This document shows, piece after piece, positions 9,177-17,882 of a DNA stretch of 64,000 nucleotides (within the stretch, counting starts at the first letter, position 1; each line of letters begins with the position of its first letter). The notes below the pieces were generated by a model, which ran no database searches, was not told the origin of the DNA, and saw only the letters and a program-made list of their open reading frames with translations. Both the position numbers and the translations under genes were made by a program. This stretch comes from Eubacteriales bacterium (lineage in GTDB: Bacteria; Bacillota; Clostridia; Oscillospirales; CAG-272): assembly GCA_045594705.1 (NCBI GenBank), contig JAZNZB010000033.1, positions 317-64,316 on the forward strand. The letters are read 5' to 3'.

Positions 9177-9995
9177 ATGAAGCACTTTACTCTTTGCCCC
9201 TTCCCCGAATATCCCGATTGCACGCTGATCGCTTATCTGCACGACAAGAGCCCCGAGCTCAACATCGGTGCGCGCCGCACGGTCATCGTTTGCCCCGGCG
9301 GCGGTTACGCATTCCTCTCTGACCGCGAGGCGGAGCCCATTGCACTGCAGTTTCTGGCGCAGGGCTTTAACGTATTCATTCTGCGCTACTCGATCTGCGA
9401 AAACGCCGCCGCCAATCGCCCCCTGCTCCAGGCCTGCAAGACGGTCAAGCTTTTGCGCGAGCATGCGGAGGAATACGACGTTGACCCGAATTACATCTTT
9501 ATCAACGGCTACAGCGCGGGCGGCCATCTTTCGGCTTCTTGCGGCACCATGTTTGACCTGCCCGAGATCCGTGAAGCGGTTGGATGCACGGATAACGACC
9601 TGCACCGCCCCACGGGCACGGTGCTTGGTTACCCTGTGATCGCAAGCAACCACTACGGTCATGCAGGCTCGTTCAATATGCTGTGCGGCTCTGCAGAGGC
9701 GACCGCCGAGGAGCGCGCTTACTACTCGGTGGAGAAGCACGTAAACGCCAAGACCGCCCCTGCCTTTCTCTGGCACACGGCCGAGGACCAAGGCGTTCCC
9801 GTTCAGAATTCGCTGCTCTACGCACACGCACTGGCTGATCACGGGATCTCGTTTGAGCTGCACGTTTACCCCCACGGCCCTCACGGCCTGGCACTCTGCA
9901 ACAGAGAGACCTCGTACGGACAGCCCCTTCTGGAGCGCCCCGAATGCGAGAGATGGATCCTGGATGCGGGAAGATGGATGATGAATTTCGCATAA
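9177..9995 (+). CDS. alpha/beta hydrolase (esterase/lipase; acetyl- or feruloyl-esterase-like)
   Basis: ORF 9168-9995 with VIVCPGGGYAF and the nucleophile elbow GYSAGGH. The ATG at 9177 (GGAAAGGA 10 nt upstream) is preferred over the GTG at 9168. Confidence 0.75.
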   Translation: MKHFTLCPFPEYPDCTLIAYLHDKSPELNIGARRTVIVCPGGGYAFLSDREAEPIALQFLAQGFNVFILRYSICENAAANRPLLQACKTVKLLREHAEEYDVDPNYIFINGYSAGGHLSASCGTMFDLPEIREAVGCTDNDLHRPTGTVLGYPVIASNHYGHAGSFNMLCGSAEATAEERAYYSVEKHVNAKTAPAFLWHTAEDQGVPVQNSLLYAHALADHGISFELHVYPHGPHGLALCNRETSYGQPLLERPECERWILDAGRWMMNFA

Positions 9996-10013
9996 AGCAA
10001 AAAAATGCAGCCC

Positions 10014-10047
10014 GATGGCGTTGTGTTCCTAAGGACACAACGCCATC
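10014..10047 (+). terminator. strong hairpin after the esterase gene (weak U-tract; possible terminator)
   Basis: GATGGCGTTGTGT-tcctaagg-ACACAACGCCATC. The tail is not T-rich, and A7 lies upstream. Confidence 0.35.
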
Positions 10048-10048
10048 T

Positions 10049-10225
10049 CTATTCGCCTACGGCGAGTTCTATTGCTTCGCAGTGATATTCGGCTTGTGCC
10101 GAGTGGTATTCGCTACGCGAGTTTTGGAGGCGAATAGAATATAACTGCTCTGTTTACAGAGCAATATCACTTTTGCGAAGCAAAAATATCACGCTGTTGC
10201 AAAGCGACAGCATATCACTAAAAAC
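10049..10225. repeat. array of short GC hairpins and nested or crossing inverted repeats (REP/MITE-like intergenic element)
   Basis: There are units TATTCGCCtacGGCGAGT, TATTCGGCttgtGCCGAGT and TATTCGCtacGCGAGT. TCTATTCGCCT (10049-10059) is inverted at 10128-10138. GCTTCGCAGTGATAT (10074-10088) is inverted at 10164-10181. The word ATATCAC occurs three times. Confidence 0.5.
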
Positions 10226-10279
10226 TATCAGGAAGAGCGCACTTACTCACCACCGAAAGTGGTAGTGCTATACAAAAGA

Positions 10280-10313
10280 GCCGATACGGAATCAAATCCA
10301 TATCGGCTTTTTT
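10280..10313. terminator. bidirectional intrinsic terminator (comFC on the minus strand; the esterase 3' region or an sRNA on the plus strand)
   Basis: GCCGATAcggaatcaaatccaTATCGGC is followed by TTTTTT on the plus strand and preceded by an A-rich run (T-rich on the minus strand). Confidence 0.6.
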
Positions 10314-10352
10314 ACTGTCCTTTAGCACCCGTCGGTATGGGGCTGCGTTTTT

Positions 10353-11141
10353 TCATGCTCTCTGACCACTATGATTATTTGATCCTTCCGTTGGCGCATC
10401 CACCGCAATGCAGGCCGCGATGATATGCGCGGGCTTGTAAGGCCTTAATTTGGCTGCACATGCAGACAGCGTCGAGCCCGTGGTGACCACGTCGTCCACC
10501 AAGATCACACACTTCCCTTTCAAGTCGGCACAATGCTCGGGCACGGCCTCAAAGGCGGAAAATGCATTCTGCCGTCTCTGCTCCTCGCCAAGCATCTTTT
10601 GCACACGCCCGCCCATGCGACGGATCATTTTCACGGGCTTTGGCATCCCAAGCTCGTGCGCCAGAGCCATACACAATCCCTTGGATTGGTCAAATCCGCG
10701 TGCACGCTCTGCTTTTTTCGAGCGCGGTGCCCATACAAGCACGGCATTCTCGGGCGTTTGCCCCAGCTCGGTCAACTGCTTGTAGATCGCAGGTGCCAGC
10801 TCTGCCGCCAAAAAGGCCTGCAGCTCGGCACTTTCCTGATCCTTGAGCTTGAAAACGAGGCGATTTCCCACACCCACACGCTTTTGCGGCTCATATTCCA
10901 CCAGCTTGAGCAAGGCACTGATGCCATGCCTGGGCATGGCGTTGACCGGACGCTTGCAATCTGCCACAGGCTCTCCGCAGCAATGGCAAAGTGCCCCCTT
11001 TTGCGCATCCCATTTGACAAGGCAAGGTGCGCAGAGCGCACGCGGTGCGGCAGAAAATGCATCGTCCAAAAGCGCACCGCAGGCGGCACATTTCGGAGGA
11101 AACAGCAATCTGCGCAGCATTCTGAAGCTCTTTTTCATCAT
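10353..11141 (-). CDS. comFC: ComF family protein (ComFC, phosphoribosyltransferase-like)
   Basis: 262-aa ORF with an N-terminal Cys-rich PPKCAACG...CAPC...CHCCG region and a C-terminal PRTase motif VILVDDVVTTGST. It has an ATGA overlap with the recD2 stop. Confidence 0.8.
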   Translation of the reverse strand: MMKKSFRMLRRLLFPPKCAACGALLDDAFSAAPRALCAPCLVKWDAQKGALCHCCGEPVADCKRPVNAMPRHGISALLKLVEYEPQKRVGVGNRLVFKLKDQESAELQAFLAAELAPAIYKQLTELGQTPENAVLVWAPRSKKAERARGFDQSKGLCMALAHELGMPKPVKMIRRMGGRVQKMLGEEQRRQNAFSAFEAVPEHCADLKGKCVILVDDVVTTGSTLSACAAKLRPYKPAHIIAACIAVDAPTEGSNNHSGQRA

Positions 11142-13393
11142 TCCACCTCGGAGCGCAGGCGTTGCGCAAGCCCTGTGTAGCGCATGGACTGGCGGTTATT
11201 ACCCACCATTTGCGCCACGACCTCTTCTCTGCCTACGAAAATGACCATATTCTGCGCACGCGTGACTGCGGTATACAGCAAATTACGCGTCAGCAGCATA
11301 GGCGGTGCTGCATACATAGGCACAATGACGATGGGATATTCACTTCCCTGACTCTTATGTACCGTGATGGCGTACGCATGCTCCAGATCCTCCAGCGAGG
11401 AAAATTCATACTCGACCAAGCGGTCGTCAAATTCGATCTCCATCATGCGATCCGACGGATGAATACGACGGATCACACCCATGTCGCCATTAAAAATGCC
11501 GCTGCCCTGCGTGCCGTCGGTCTTTTCCCATACCACGTCGTAATTATTTCTGACCTGCATGACACGATCCCCCTCACGGAACACAGTGTCACGGAAGGTA
11601 TGCTCGCGCTTGCCCTTTTCAGGCGGGTTCATGCGGCTTTGCAAGAGCAGATTGAGATGGTCGGTGCCGCCCTCACCGCGTCTTGAGGGCGTGATAATCT
11701 GCGTACCGGTGCGCGCCATTTCCCCATACGTGCGCGGCAGGCGGATCTGATACAGGTCTGCCACCGTGGCCGCAATTTCCGCGTCTGTCCTGCGCGGCAG
11801 GAAGAAAAAGTCGTTATCCTTGACCGAAAGGTCGGGCATAAGCCCTTTATTGATGGCGTGCGCGTTGGTGACGATCAGCGATTTCTGCGCCTGGCGGAAG
11901 ATCTCGTCCAGACACACCGTGGAAAAGCGACCGCTTTCGATCAGATCGTGCAGCACGTAGCCCGCACCAACACTGGGCAGCTGATCCGCGTCACCGATCA
12001 AGATAAATCTCGCGCCCGGCTTGACCGCCTTGAGCAAATGGCACATCAGCGCGTTGTCCACCATGGACGCCTCGTCCACGATGATCACGTTCTCGTCCAG
12101 CAGGTCCTGCTGGTTCTTGCGGAACTTGCCGCCGTCCGCGTCATCGCCCGAAAATTCCATTTCCAGCAGTCTGTGAATGGTCTTTGCTTCGGTCTGCGTG
12201 GACTCGGACAACCGCTTTGCGGCTCTGCCCGTGGGTGCGGCAAGCGCAACCTTGTGTCCCATGCCGTCAAAAATATCGATCAGCGCACGCACGACCGTGG
12301 TTTTACCCGTACCCGGGCCACCTGTCAATATCATCACGCCGCTTTCCAGCGCCGCGTAAATGGCCTTTTTCTGCATGTTCGCGTACTGCATGCCGTTTTT
12401 GCGCTCCTCGTTGGCAATAAAGGCATGCACGTCACCCGCATTGATCGCGGGACAAAGCTTATCAAGCAGCACCAGCTTCTCTGCAATATACACCTCCTGG
12501 GCATACACGCGCGAGTCGTACAGGTACTGCGTGCCGTCAAACATGGAATAACACACGCGATTGTCGCCAAGCAGACGGCTGAGTGCCTCGTTGGTTCTCT
12601 CCTCATCCGTACCCAGCAGCCTTGCAGCCCCCGCGACAAGCTTATCGCGCGGCAGGCAAACGTGACCGTTCTGCGCGGCATTGGAGCGCAGCATATACAA
12701 AATGCCGCTCTTGATGCGCTCCTCGTGATCGGATGCGATACCAAGGCTTTGCGCCATGGCGTCCGCACGCTCAAAACCGATGCCCTCGACCTCGTTGCAA
12801 AGTCTGTACGGGTTGGCGCGTGCGATATCCACCGCAGCACTGCCCCATTGCTTATAGATGCGAACGGTCAGCGCCGCTCCGAAATAATCTCTGAAAAACA
12901 TCATGGCACTGCGGATCCCGGATTTTTCATTGAAATCCTTCCCGATCTCGCGCGCCTTTTTGAGCGTGATGCCCGAGATCTCGGCCAGCCACTCGGGGTG
13001 CTTTTCCATGATCTCAAGCGTCTCCTCGCCGTATTTGGCCACGATCTTTTGCGCGGTCTTGGGGCCGACACCCTTGATCGCCCCCGAGGCTAAATACCGC
13101 AGAATGGCAGATGCATCCGCAGGCATTTCACGCTCGTAGGATTCCACGCGGAACTGCGTGCCGTACTTGGGGTTATGCACCCACTTGCCGTACGCATTGA
13201 TGCGGTCACCCTCGGCAATATACGGCATGGTACCCACGATGGTGATCAGCTCGTCGTCATCCGTGCCAAAATCGCAAATGGCATAGCCGTTGTCCTCGTT
13301 TGCATAGATCACGTGCTCCACACTGCCCGACAGCTTGACAAGTCCCCGCTCGTCGGCTTCCTGCCCCTGCATCAGCTCGTCCTTCTCCTGCAT
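11138..13393 (-). CDS. recD2: ATP-dependent RecD-like DNA helicase (RecD2, SF1B)
   Basis: ORF 11138-13441 with Walker A LTGGPGTGKTT and the typical RecD2 N-terminal and SH3-like regions. The ATG at 13393 (GGAAAGGAG RBS) is preferred. Confidence 0.9.
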   Translation of the reverse strand: MQEKDELMQGQEADERGLVKLSGSVEHVIYANEDNGYAICDFGTDDDELITIVGTMPYIAEGDRINAYGKWVHNPKYGTQFRVESYEREMPADASAILRYLASGAIKGVGPKTAQKIVAKYGEETLEIMEKHPEWLAEISGITLKKAREIGKDFNEKSGIRSAMMFFRDYFGAALTVRIYKQWGSAAVDIARANPYRLCNEVEGIGFERADAMAQSLGIASDHEERIKSGILYMLRSNAAQNGHVCLPRDKLVAGAARLLGTDEERTNEALSRLLGDNRVCYSMFDGTQYLYDSRVYAQEVYIAEKLVLLDKLCPAINAGDVHAFIANEERKNGMQYANMQKKAIYAALESGVMILTGGPGTGKTTVVRALIDIFDGMGHKVALAAPTGRAAKRLSESTQTEAKTIHRLLEMEFSGDDADGGKFRKNQQDLLDENVIIVDEASMVDNALMCHLLKAVKPGARFILIGDADQLPSVGAGYVLHDLIESGRFSTVCLDEIFRQAQKSLIVTNAHAINKGLMPDLSVKDNDFFFLPRRTDAEIAATVADLYQIRLPRTYGEMARTGTQIITPSRRGEGGTDHLNLLLQSRMNPPEKGKREHTFRDTVFREGDRVMQVRNNYDVVWEKTDGTQGSGIFNGDMGVIRRIHPSDRMMEIEFDDRLVEYEFSSLEDLEHAYAITVHKSQGSEYPIVIVPMYAAPPMLLTRNLLYTAVTRAQNMVIFVGREEVVAQMVGNNRQSMRYTGLAQRLRSEVE

Positions 13394-13462
13394 TTTGCAT
13401 CTCCTTTCCCGATTTTTTTGCCGAACGGGAATCGAATTCACACAGCTCCCTTCGGCTGAATT

Positions 13463-13792
13463 TTAGCGAATAATCCTGTACTCCGCGCCGTATCTTGCCA
13501 GCAATTCCAGCGTTGCCTCAAAAGGAACACCGTCGCGGCCGACACAGCCGTTCATGAGCGAGACGTCGATCAGCACGATCACGCGTCTTGCCCCTTTACG
13601 AAAAAATGCGGAATGTGCCTCATGCAACAGCACGTCAAGCATTTCCGCATCTTTTTCATTGTTGAGCTCCACGGCCGCCACCACCTTGCCCGACGAGAAA
13701 AAAGCCTCAAGCGGGAATTTGACAGCACACCAAAGCCCGAAAACCGACAACAGCGACACAGTCACCGCAAAAACGGTTTCAATCATATCCAT
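13463..13792 (-). CDS. hypothetical small protein with an N-terminal TM helix
   Basis: 109-aa ORF in the same orientation as its neighbours. It has one hydrophobic helix (VFAVTVSLLSVFGLWCAV). No family was recognised. Confidence 0.45.
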   Translation of the reverse strand: MDMIETVFAVTVSLLSVFGLWCAVKFPLEAFFSSGKVVAAVELNNEKDAEMLDVLLHEAHSAFFRKGARRVIVLIDVSLMNGCVGRDGVPFEATLELLARYGAEYRIIR

Positions 13793-13834
13793 TTTATCAC
13801 CCCCGCACAGTATATGCGCGGGGGGATTTTTTGG

Positions 13835-15019
13835 TTAGCCCAGCAGCTCTGCGGCTAGTACGGGCGCAAGATCCTTTGCCTCCCAAGGAGCGTCCACGTC
13901 TTCTCTGCCCATGTGACCGTAAGCGGCAACAGCAGAATAGATGGGTCTGCGCAGATCAAAGCGCTTGATGATGGCAGCGGGACGCAGGTCTACGTGACGC
14001 AGCACCGCCTCGGAGATCTTTTCCTCGTCAACCTTTGCAGTACCGAAGGTGTCAATCATGACGGACACGGGCTTTGCAACGCCGATCGCGTATGCAACCT
14101 GTACCTCACACTGATCGGCAAGGCCTGCAGCAACCACGTTCTTTGCAATATATCTTGCAGCATAGGATGCGGAACGGTCCACCTTGGTGGGGTCCTTACC
14201 CGAGAATGCACCGCCACCGTGGCGTGCATATCCGCCGTATGTATCAACAATAATCTTTCTGCCGGTAAGTCCCGTGTCGCCTGCAGGGCCACCGATGACG
14301 AATCTGCCGGTGGGGTTGACGTAGATCTTGGTGTTCGCGTCGATCAAGCTTGCGGGCACGATGGGCTTGATGACGTGCTTGATCATGTCCGCACGGATCT
14401 GCTCCACCTCTACCTCGGGGCTGTGCTGGGTGGAAATGACCAGCGCATCCACACGAACGGGCTTGCCGTCGTGATATTCCACAGTCACCTGGGTCTTGCC
14501 GTCGGGGCGCAGATAGGTCAGCATGCCATTCTTGCGCACCTCGGTCAATCTCATTGCCATCTTGTGTGCAAGAGAGATGGGCAGAGGCATCAGCTCCTCG
14601 GTCTCGTTGCACGCATAGCCGAACATCAGACCCTGGTCGCCTGCACCGGTGTCCAGGCCGTCGGTATCCACGCCCGCCTTGGCCTCCAAGGACTTATCGA
14701 CGCCCATTGCGATATCGGGGCTCTGCTCGTGGATCGAGTTGATTACGGCGCAGCTGTCACAGTCAAAGCCATACTTTGCACGGTCGTAGCCGATCTCGCG
14801 TACGGTCTCTCTGACGATGGTCTGAATGTCTACGTATGCGGAGGTGGTGATCTCACCCATGACGCATACAAGACCGGTGGTAACAAAGGTCTCGCAGGCT
14901 ACGCGAGCCATGGGATCGGCTGCCAGCATGCTGTCCAGTACGGCGTCCGAGATCTTGTCACAAATTTTATCGGGATGTCCTTCCGTTACGGATTCGCATG
15001 TAAACAGTACTTTTTTCAT
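13835..15019 (-). CDS. metK: S-adenosylmethionine synthetase
   Basis: 394-aa ORF with [22 protein letters not shown] and GGGAFSGKD motifs. Confidence 0.97.
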   Translation of the reverse strand: MKKVLFTCESVTEGHPDKICDKISDAVLDSMLAADPMARVACETFVTTGLVCVMGEITTSAYVDIQTIVRETVREIGYDRAKYGFDCDSCAVINSIHEQSPDIAMGVDKSLEAKAGVDTDGLDTGAGDQGLMFGYACNETEELMPLPISLAHKMAMRLTEVRKNGMLTYLRPDGKTQVTVEYHDGKPVRVDALVISTQHSPEVEVEQIRADMIKHVIKPIVPASLIDANTKIYVNPTGRFVIGGPAGDTGLTGRKIIVDTYGGYARHGGGAFSGKDPTKVDRSASYAARYIAKNVVAAGLADQCEVQVAYAIGVAKPVSVMIDTFGTAKVDEEKISEAVLRHVDLRPAAIIKRFDLRRPIYSAVAAYGHMGREDVDAPWEAKDLAPVLAAELLG

Positions 15020-15055
15020 GTCATTTCCCTCTTTTTATATATCTATTCCTTATTT

Positions 15056-15580
15056 TCAGATCAAAATGCTCAGCCATTCGATGCCGCTGGCAACGCCAAA
15101 GCAGAGCAAGGACACGACAACGCCTGCGATCATAACGCCAAGCAGTGCCGAGAGCATGGCCTTCCAGAAGTTCATGCGGATGGTGGCGGCCACCAAAGAG
15201 CCTGTCCACGCGCCTGTCATGGGCAACGGGATGGCAACAAACAGACACACGCCCCAAAAGCCGTAGCGTTGGATCTTGTCCGTGTTTTTCTCCGCCTTGC
15301 GTCTGATCCACGCTGCTACCGCGCGCACGAATCTGATCGGCATCTTCTCCATCAGGTCAAGCACTTGACGGATCAGCAGCAAAATAAACGGCACGGGGAT
15401 CATGTTGCCCACAACTGCCAAGAGATAAGTCAGCCACCAGGGCGTTTGCGGGTCGGTAAACCAACCCAGCGGGATCGCGCCTCGCAGCTCAATGACCGGC
15501 ACCATGGAGCACAGTACGATGCCAAGCTCCTTGCCGCCGCTCATGAGAAAATCCACGAGCGCTTGTTTGATTTCTTCCAT
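15056..15580 (-). CDS. small multidrug-export-like membrane protein (COG2426 family)
   Basis: ORF 15056-15664 with the VIELRGAIPLG motif and 4-5 TM helices. The ATG at 15580 (GGAG RBS) is preferred. Confidence 0.65.
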   Translation of the reverse strand: MEEIKQALVDFLMSGGKELGIVLCSMVPVIELRGAIPLGWFTDPQTPWWLTYLLAVVGNMIPVPFILLLIRQVLDLMEKMPIRFVRAVAAWIRRKAEKNTDKIQRYGFWGVCLFVAIPLPMTGAWTGSLVAATIRMNFWKAMLSALLGVMIAGVVVSLLCFGVASGIEWLSILI

Positions 15581-15611
15581 ATTTACTCCAATATTGATTC
15601 CAAATACAGGA

Positions 15612-16328
15612 TTATTCCGCCCACAGATTGACAAACCATTCGGCTTCTCCGCCCAGGATGACAAAGAACAGAATCAGCGAGGCGACCACCAAAGCAAGGC
15701 CTGCCACCGTGATCAGCACGTTGGTTTTCTTATCTGCGGCAATTTTGGTTTCCATGCTCACACCAGCGATCTTGACACGCGCATAGCGCAGCGCAATGGA
15801 AACAGGTTTATACAGGATCATAACCAGTGCAGCATTGAGCACCGCCTTGGTCAGATTAAAAGGCAAAATTAAGGAGGGGAGCATTCCCGCAACGACTGCT
15901 ACGGTCACGCCGGGGGTATACAGCGGGACGATCAACAAATTCATGCAAAGCATGATGGCTGTCATACTGAAAACTGCTGCCAAAAGACCTATCACAGCGC
16001 CCCAAAGGTCACGGCGGAAGCGATAGATCAGCGCAGCAACCACGGCAAAGGATGCCGAGGAGACAAAGTCCATCAGGAGTCCGTACACGCCGGTGTCTCC
16101 GATCGTCAAAAATTCCAGCAGAGCTGTCACCGCAGAAATGATCACTGCGGCCAAGGGGCCGAACAAAAGTCCGCCAACCGTGATGATGGCGTCCTTGATA
16201 TCAAAGGTCAAAAAGACCACGTTGATGCGGAAAAGCGGCATGACCGCAAACGCAAGTGCGCAAAACAGCGCGATCATGACCATGCGCAAAATACGTTCCT
16301 TTGCGCCCGTTCTGTTATTATTTTTCAT
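15612..16328 (-). CDS. ribU: ECF transporter S-component, riboflavin-type (RibU-like) with an extra C-terminal TM
   Basis: ORF 15612-16448. It is polytopic with S-component character and lies directly downstream of an FMN riboswitch. The ATG at 16328 is preferred. Confidence 0.7.
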   Translation of the reverse strand: MKNNNRTGAKERILRMVMIALFCALAFAVMPLFRINVVFLTFDIKDAIITVGGLLFGPLAAVIISAVTALLEFLTIGDTGVYGLLMDFVSSASFAVVAALIYRFRRDLWGAVIGLLAAVFSMTAIMLCMNLLIVPLYTPGVTVAVVAGMLPSLILPFNLTKAVLNAALVMILYKPVSIALRYARVKIAGVSMETKIAADKKTNVLITVAGLALVVASLILFFVILGGEAEWFVNLWAE

Positions 16329-16357
16329 AAAAAATCCCCCTTTGATTCGTGGGGGAA
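16329..16357 (-). terminator. FMN riboswitch expression platform (terminator/SD-sequestering hairpin)
   Basis: The minus strand reads CCCCCacgaatcaaaGGGGGATTTTTT immediately before the ATG. The upstream CTTTCCC can alternatively pair with GGGAAAG at the aptamer 3' end. Confidence 0.65.
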
Positions 16358-16384
16358 AGGACAAATTCGCCCGCGTGCGGGCTT

Positions 16385-16548
16385 GCTTATTCTTTCCCAT
16401 CCGGACTTTCTCGCGTAAGCGAAAGCTTGCGCGTATACCGTCGGTCAAGGAATCTCACCTTGTCGGCTCTTGCCTTTGCAAGAGTTTGCAGACTTTGCGC
16501 CATTCGCATCACTGCCGGTATGGAATTTCACCAATTCTCAAAAATAAT
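16385..16548 (-). promoter_or_regulatory. FMN riboswitch (RFN element) aptamer
   Basis: The minus strand reads ...GGTGAAATTCCataCCGGCaGT...AGTCTGC...AGCCGACAaGGTGAGATTCCttgaCCGACGGTATA...gAAAGTCCGGATGGGAaAGAA, which matches the conserved RFN core blocks. Confidence 0.85.
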
Positions 16549-16593
16549 CAAAATAAAAATATGGGGGATGGGATGAAGCTCATCCCATCCCCC
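16549..16593 (-). terminator. intrinsic terminator of tuf
   Basis: A 14-bp stem GGGGGATGGGATGA-gct-TCATCCCATCCCCC is followed by ATATTTTTATTTT on the minus strand. Confidence 0.85.
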
Positions 16594-16623
16594 GAAAATT
16601 TTACGTCAAATTATGAGCGCAAA

Positions 16624-17829
16624 TTACTCGATGATAGCGGAAACGACGCCGGAACCAACGGTTCTGCCACCCTCACGGATAGCGAAACGCAGACCCTCTT
16701 CGCAAGCGATGGGGGTGATCAGCTCAACGGTCATGTCAACGTTATCACCGGGGCGGCACATCTCAACGCCTGCAGGCAGGGAGATAACGCCGGTAACGTC
16801 GGTGGTTCTGAAGTAGAACTGAGGTCTGTAACCAGCCAGGAAGGGCTTCTTACGGCCGCCTTCCTTCTCAGTCAGAACGTATACGTGGCCAACGAACTTG
16901 GTGTGGGGGTTAACGGAACCGGGCTTAGCCAGAACCTGACCTCTCTCAATGCCGTCCTTAGCGACGCCACGGAGCAGAGCACCAATGTTGTCACCAGCCT
17001 CTGCCTGGGGCAGCAGCTTGTGGAACATCTCAACACCGGTAACGGTGGTGGAAGTTCTCTCGTCGGACAGACCAACGATCTCAACAACGTCACCAACCTT
17101 GATGGTACCTCTCTCAACTCTACCGGTAGCAACAGTACCACGGCCGGAGATGGAGAATACGTCCTCAACAGGCATCAGGAAGGGCTTGTCGGACTGACGC
17201 TCGGGAGTGGGGATATACTCGTCAACCTGATCCATCAGCTCGAGAATGCAAGCATACTCGGGAGCGGAGGTATCGGTGTTGGAAGACTCAAGAGCCTCAC
17301 GAGCAGAACCGCGAACGATCGGAATGTCGTCGCCGGGGAACTCGTACTGAGACAGCAGATCACGGATCTCCATCTCTACCAGGTCGAGCAGCTCATCGTC
17401 GTCAACCAGGTCGGTCTTGTTCATGAATACTACGATTGCGGGAACGCCTACCTGACGAGCAAGCAGAACGTGCTCTCTGGTCTGCTGGAGAGGACCGTCA
17501 GTACCTGCAACAACCAGGATAGCGCCGTCCATCTGTGCAGCACCGGTGATCATGTTCTTAACGTAGTCGGCGTGGCCGGGGCAGTCAACGTGAGCGTAGT
17601 GACGGTTAGCAGTCTCGTACTCAACGTGTCTGGTGTTGATTGTGATACCTCTTGCTCTTTCCTCGGGAGCGTTGTCGATCTGGTCGTATGCCATGAACTC
17701 AACGTTGCCCTGGCCCAGAGACAGAGTCTTGGTGATAGCAGCGGTCAGAGTGGTCTTACCGTGGTCAACGTGACCGATAGTACCAATGTTAACGTGGGGC
17801 TTGGTTCTTTCAAATGTTTGCTTTGCCAT
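16624..17829 (-). CDS. tuf: elongation factor Tu
   Basis: 401-aa ORF starting [28 protein letters not shown], with DCPGH and NKTD motifs. Confidence 0.98.
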   Translation of the reverse strand: MAKQTFERTKPHVNIGTIGHVDHGKTTLTAAITKTLSLGQGNVEFMAYDQIDNAPEERARGITINTRHVEYETANRHYAHVDCPGHADYVKNMITGAAQMDGAILVVAGTDGPLQQTREHVLLARQVGVPAIVVFMNKTDLVDDDELLDLVEMEIRDLLSQYEFPGDDIPIVRGSAREALESSNTDTSAPEYACILELMDQVDEYIPTPERQSDKPFLMPVEDVFSISGRGTVATGRVERGTIKVGDVVEIVGLSDERTSTTVTGVEMFHKLLPQAEAGDNIGALLRGVAKDGIERGQVLAKPGSVNPHTKFVGHVYVLTEKEGGRKKPFLAGYRPQFYFRTTDVTGVISLPAGVEMCRPGDNVDMTVELITPIACEEGLRFAIREGGRTVGSGVVSAIIE

Positions 17830-17882
17830 TTTGAAAATCCTCCGTAAATATTCTTTCTTTAAATTTTTTTGTTTTTAATGTC

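Noticed and set aside
10049-10225. CRISPR-like appearance of the regularly spaced short hairpins; the three ATATCAC words as iterons or DnaA boxes
   Set aside because: The units are only about 20 nt with no unique spacers, and no cas genes are present. ATATCAC does not match the DnaA-box consensus, and there is no replication gene nearby.
15020-15055. SAM (S-box) riboswitch expected upstream of metK
   Set aside because: Only 36 nt separate metK from the upstream gene, so there is no room for an aptamer. None of the S-box conserved blocks were seen.
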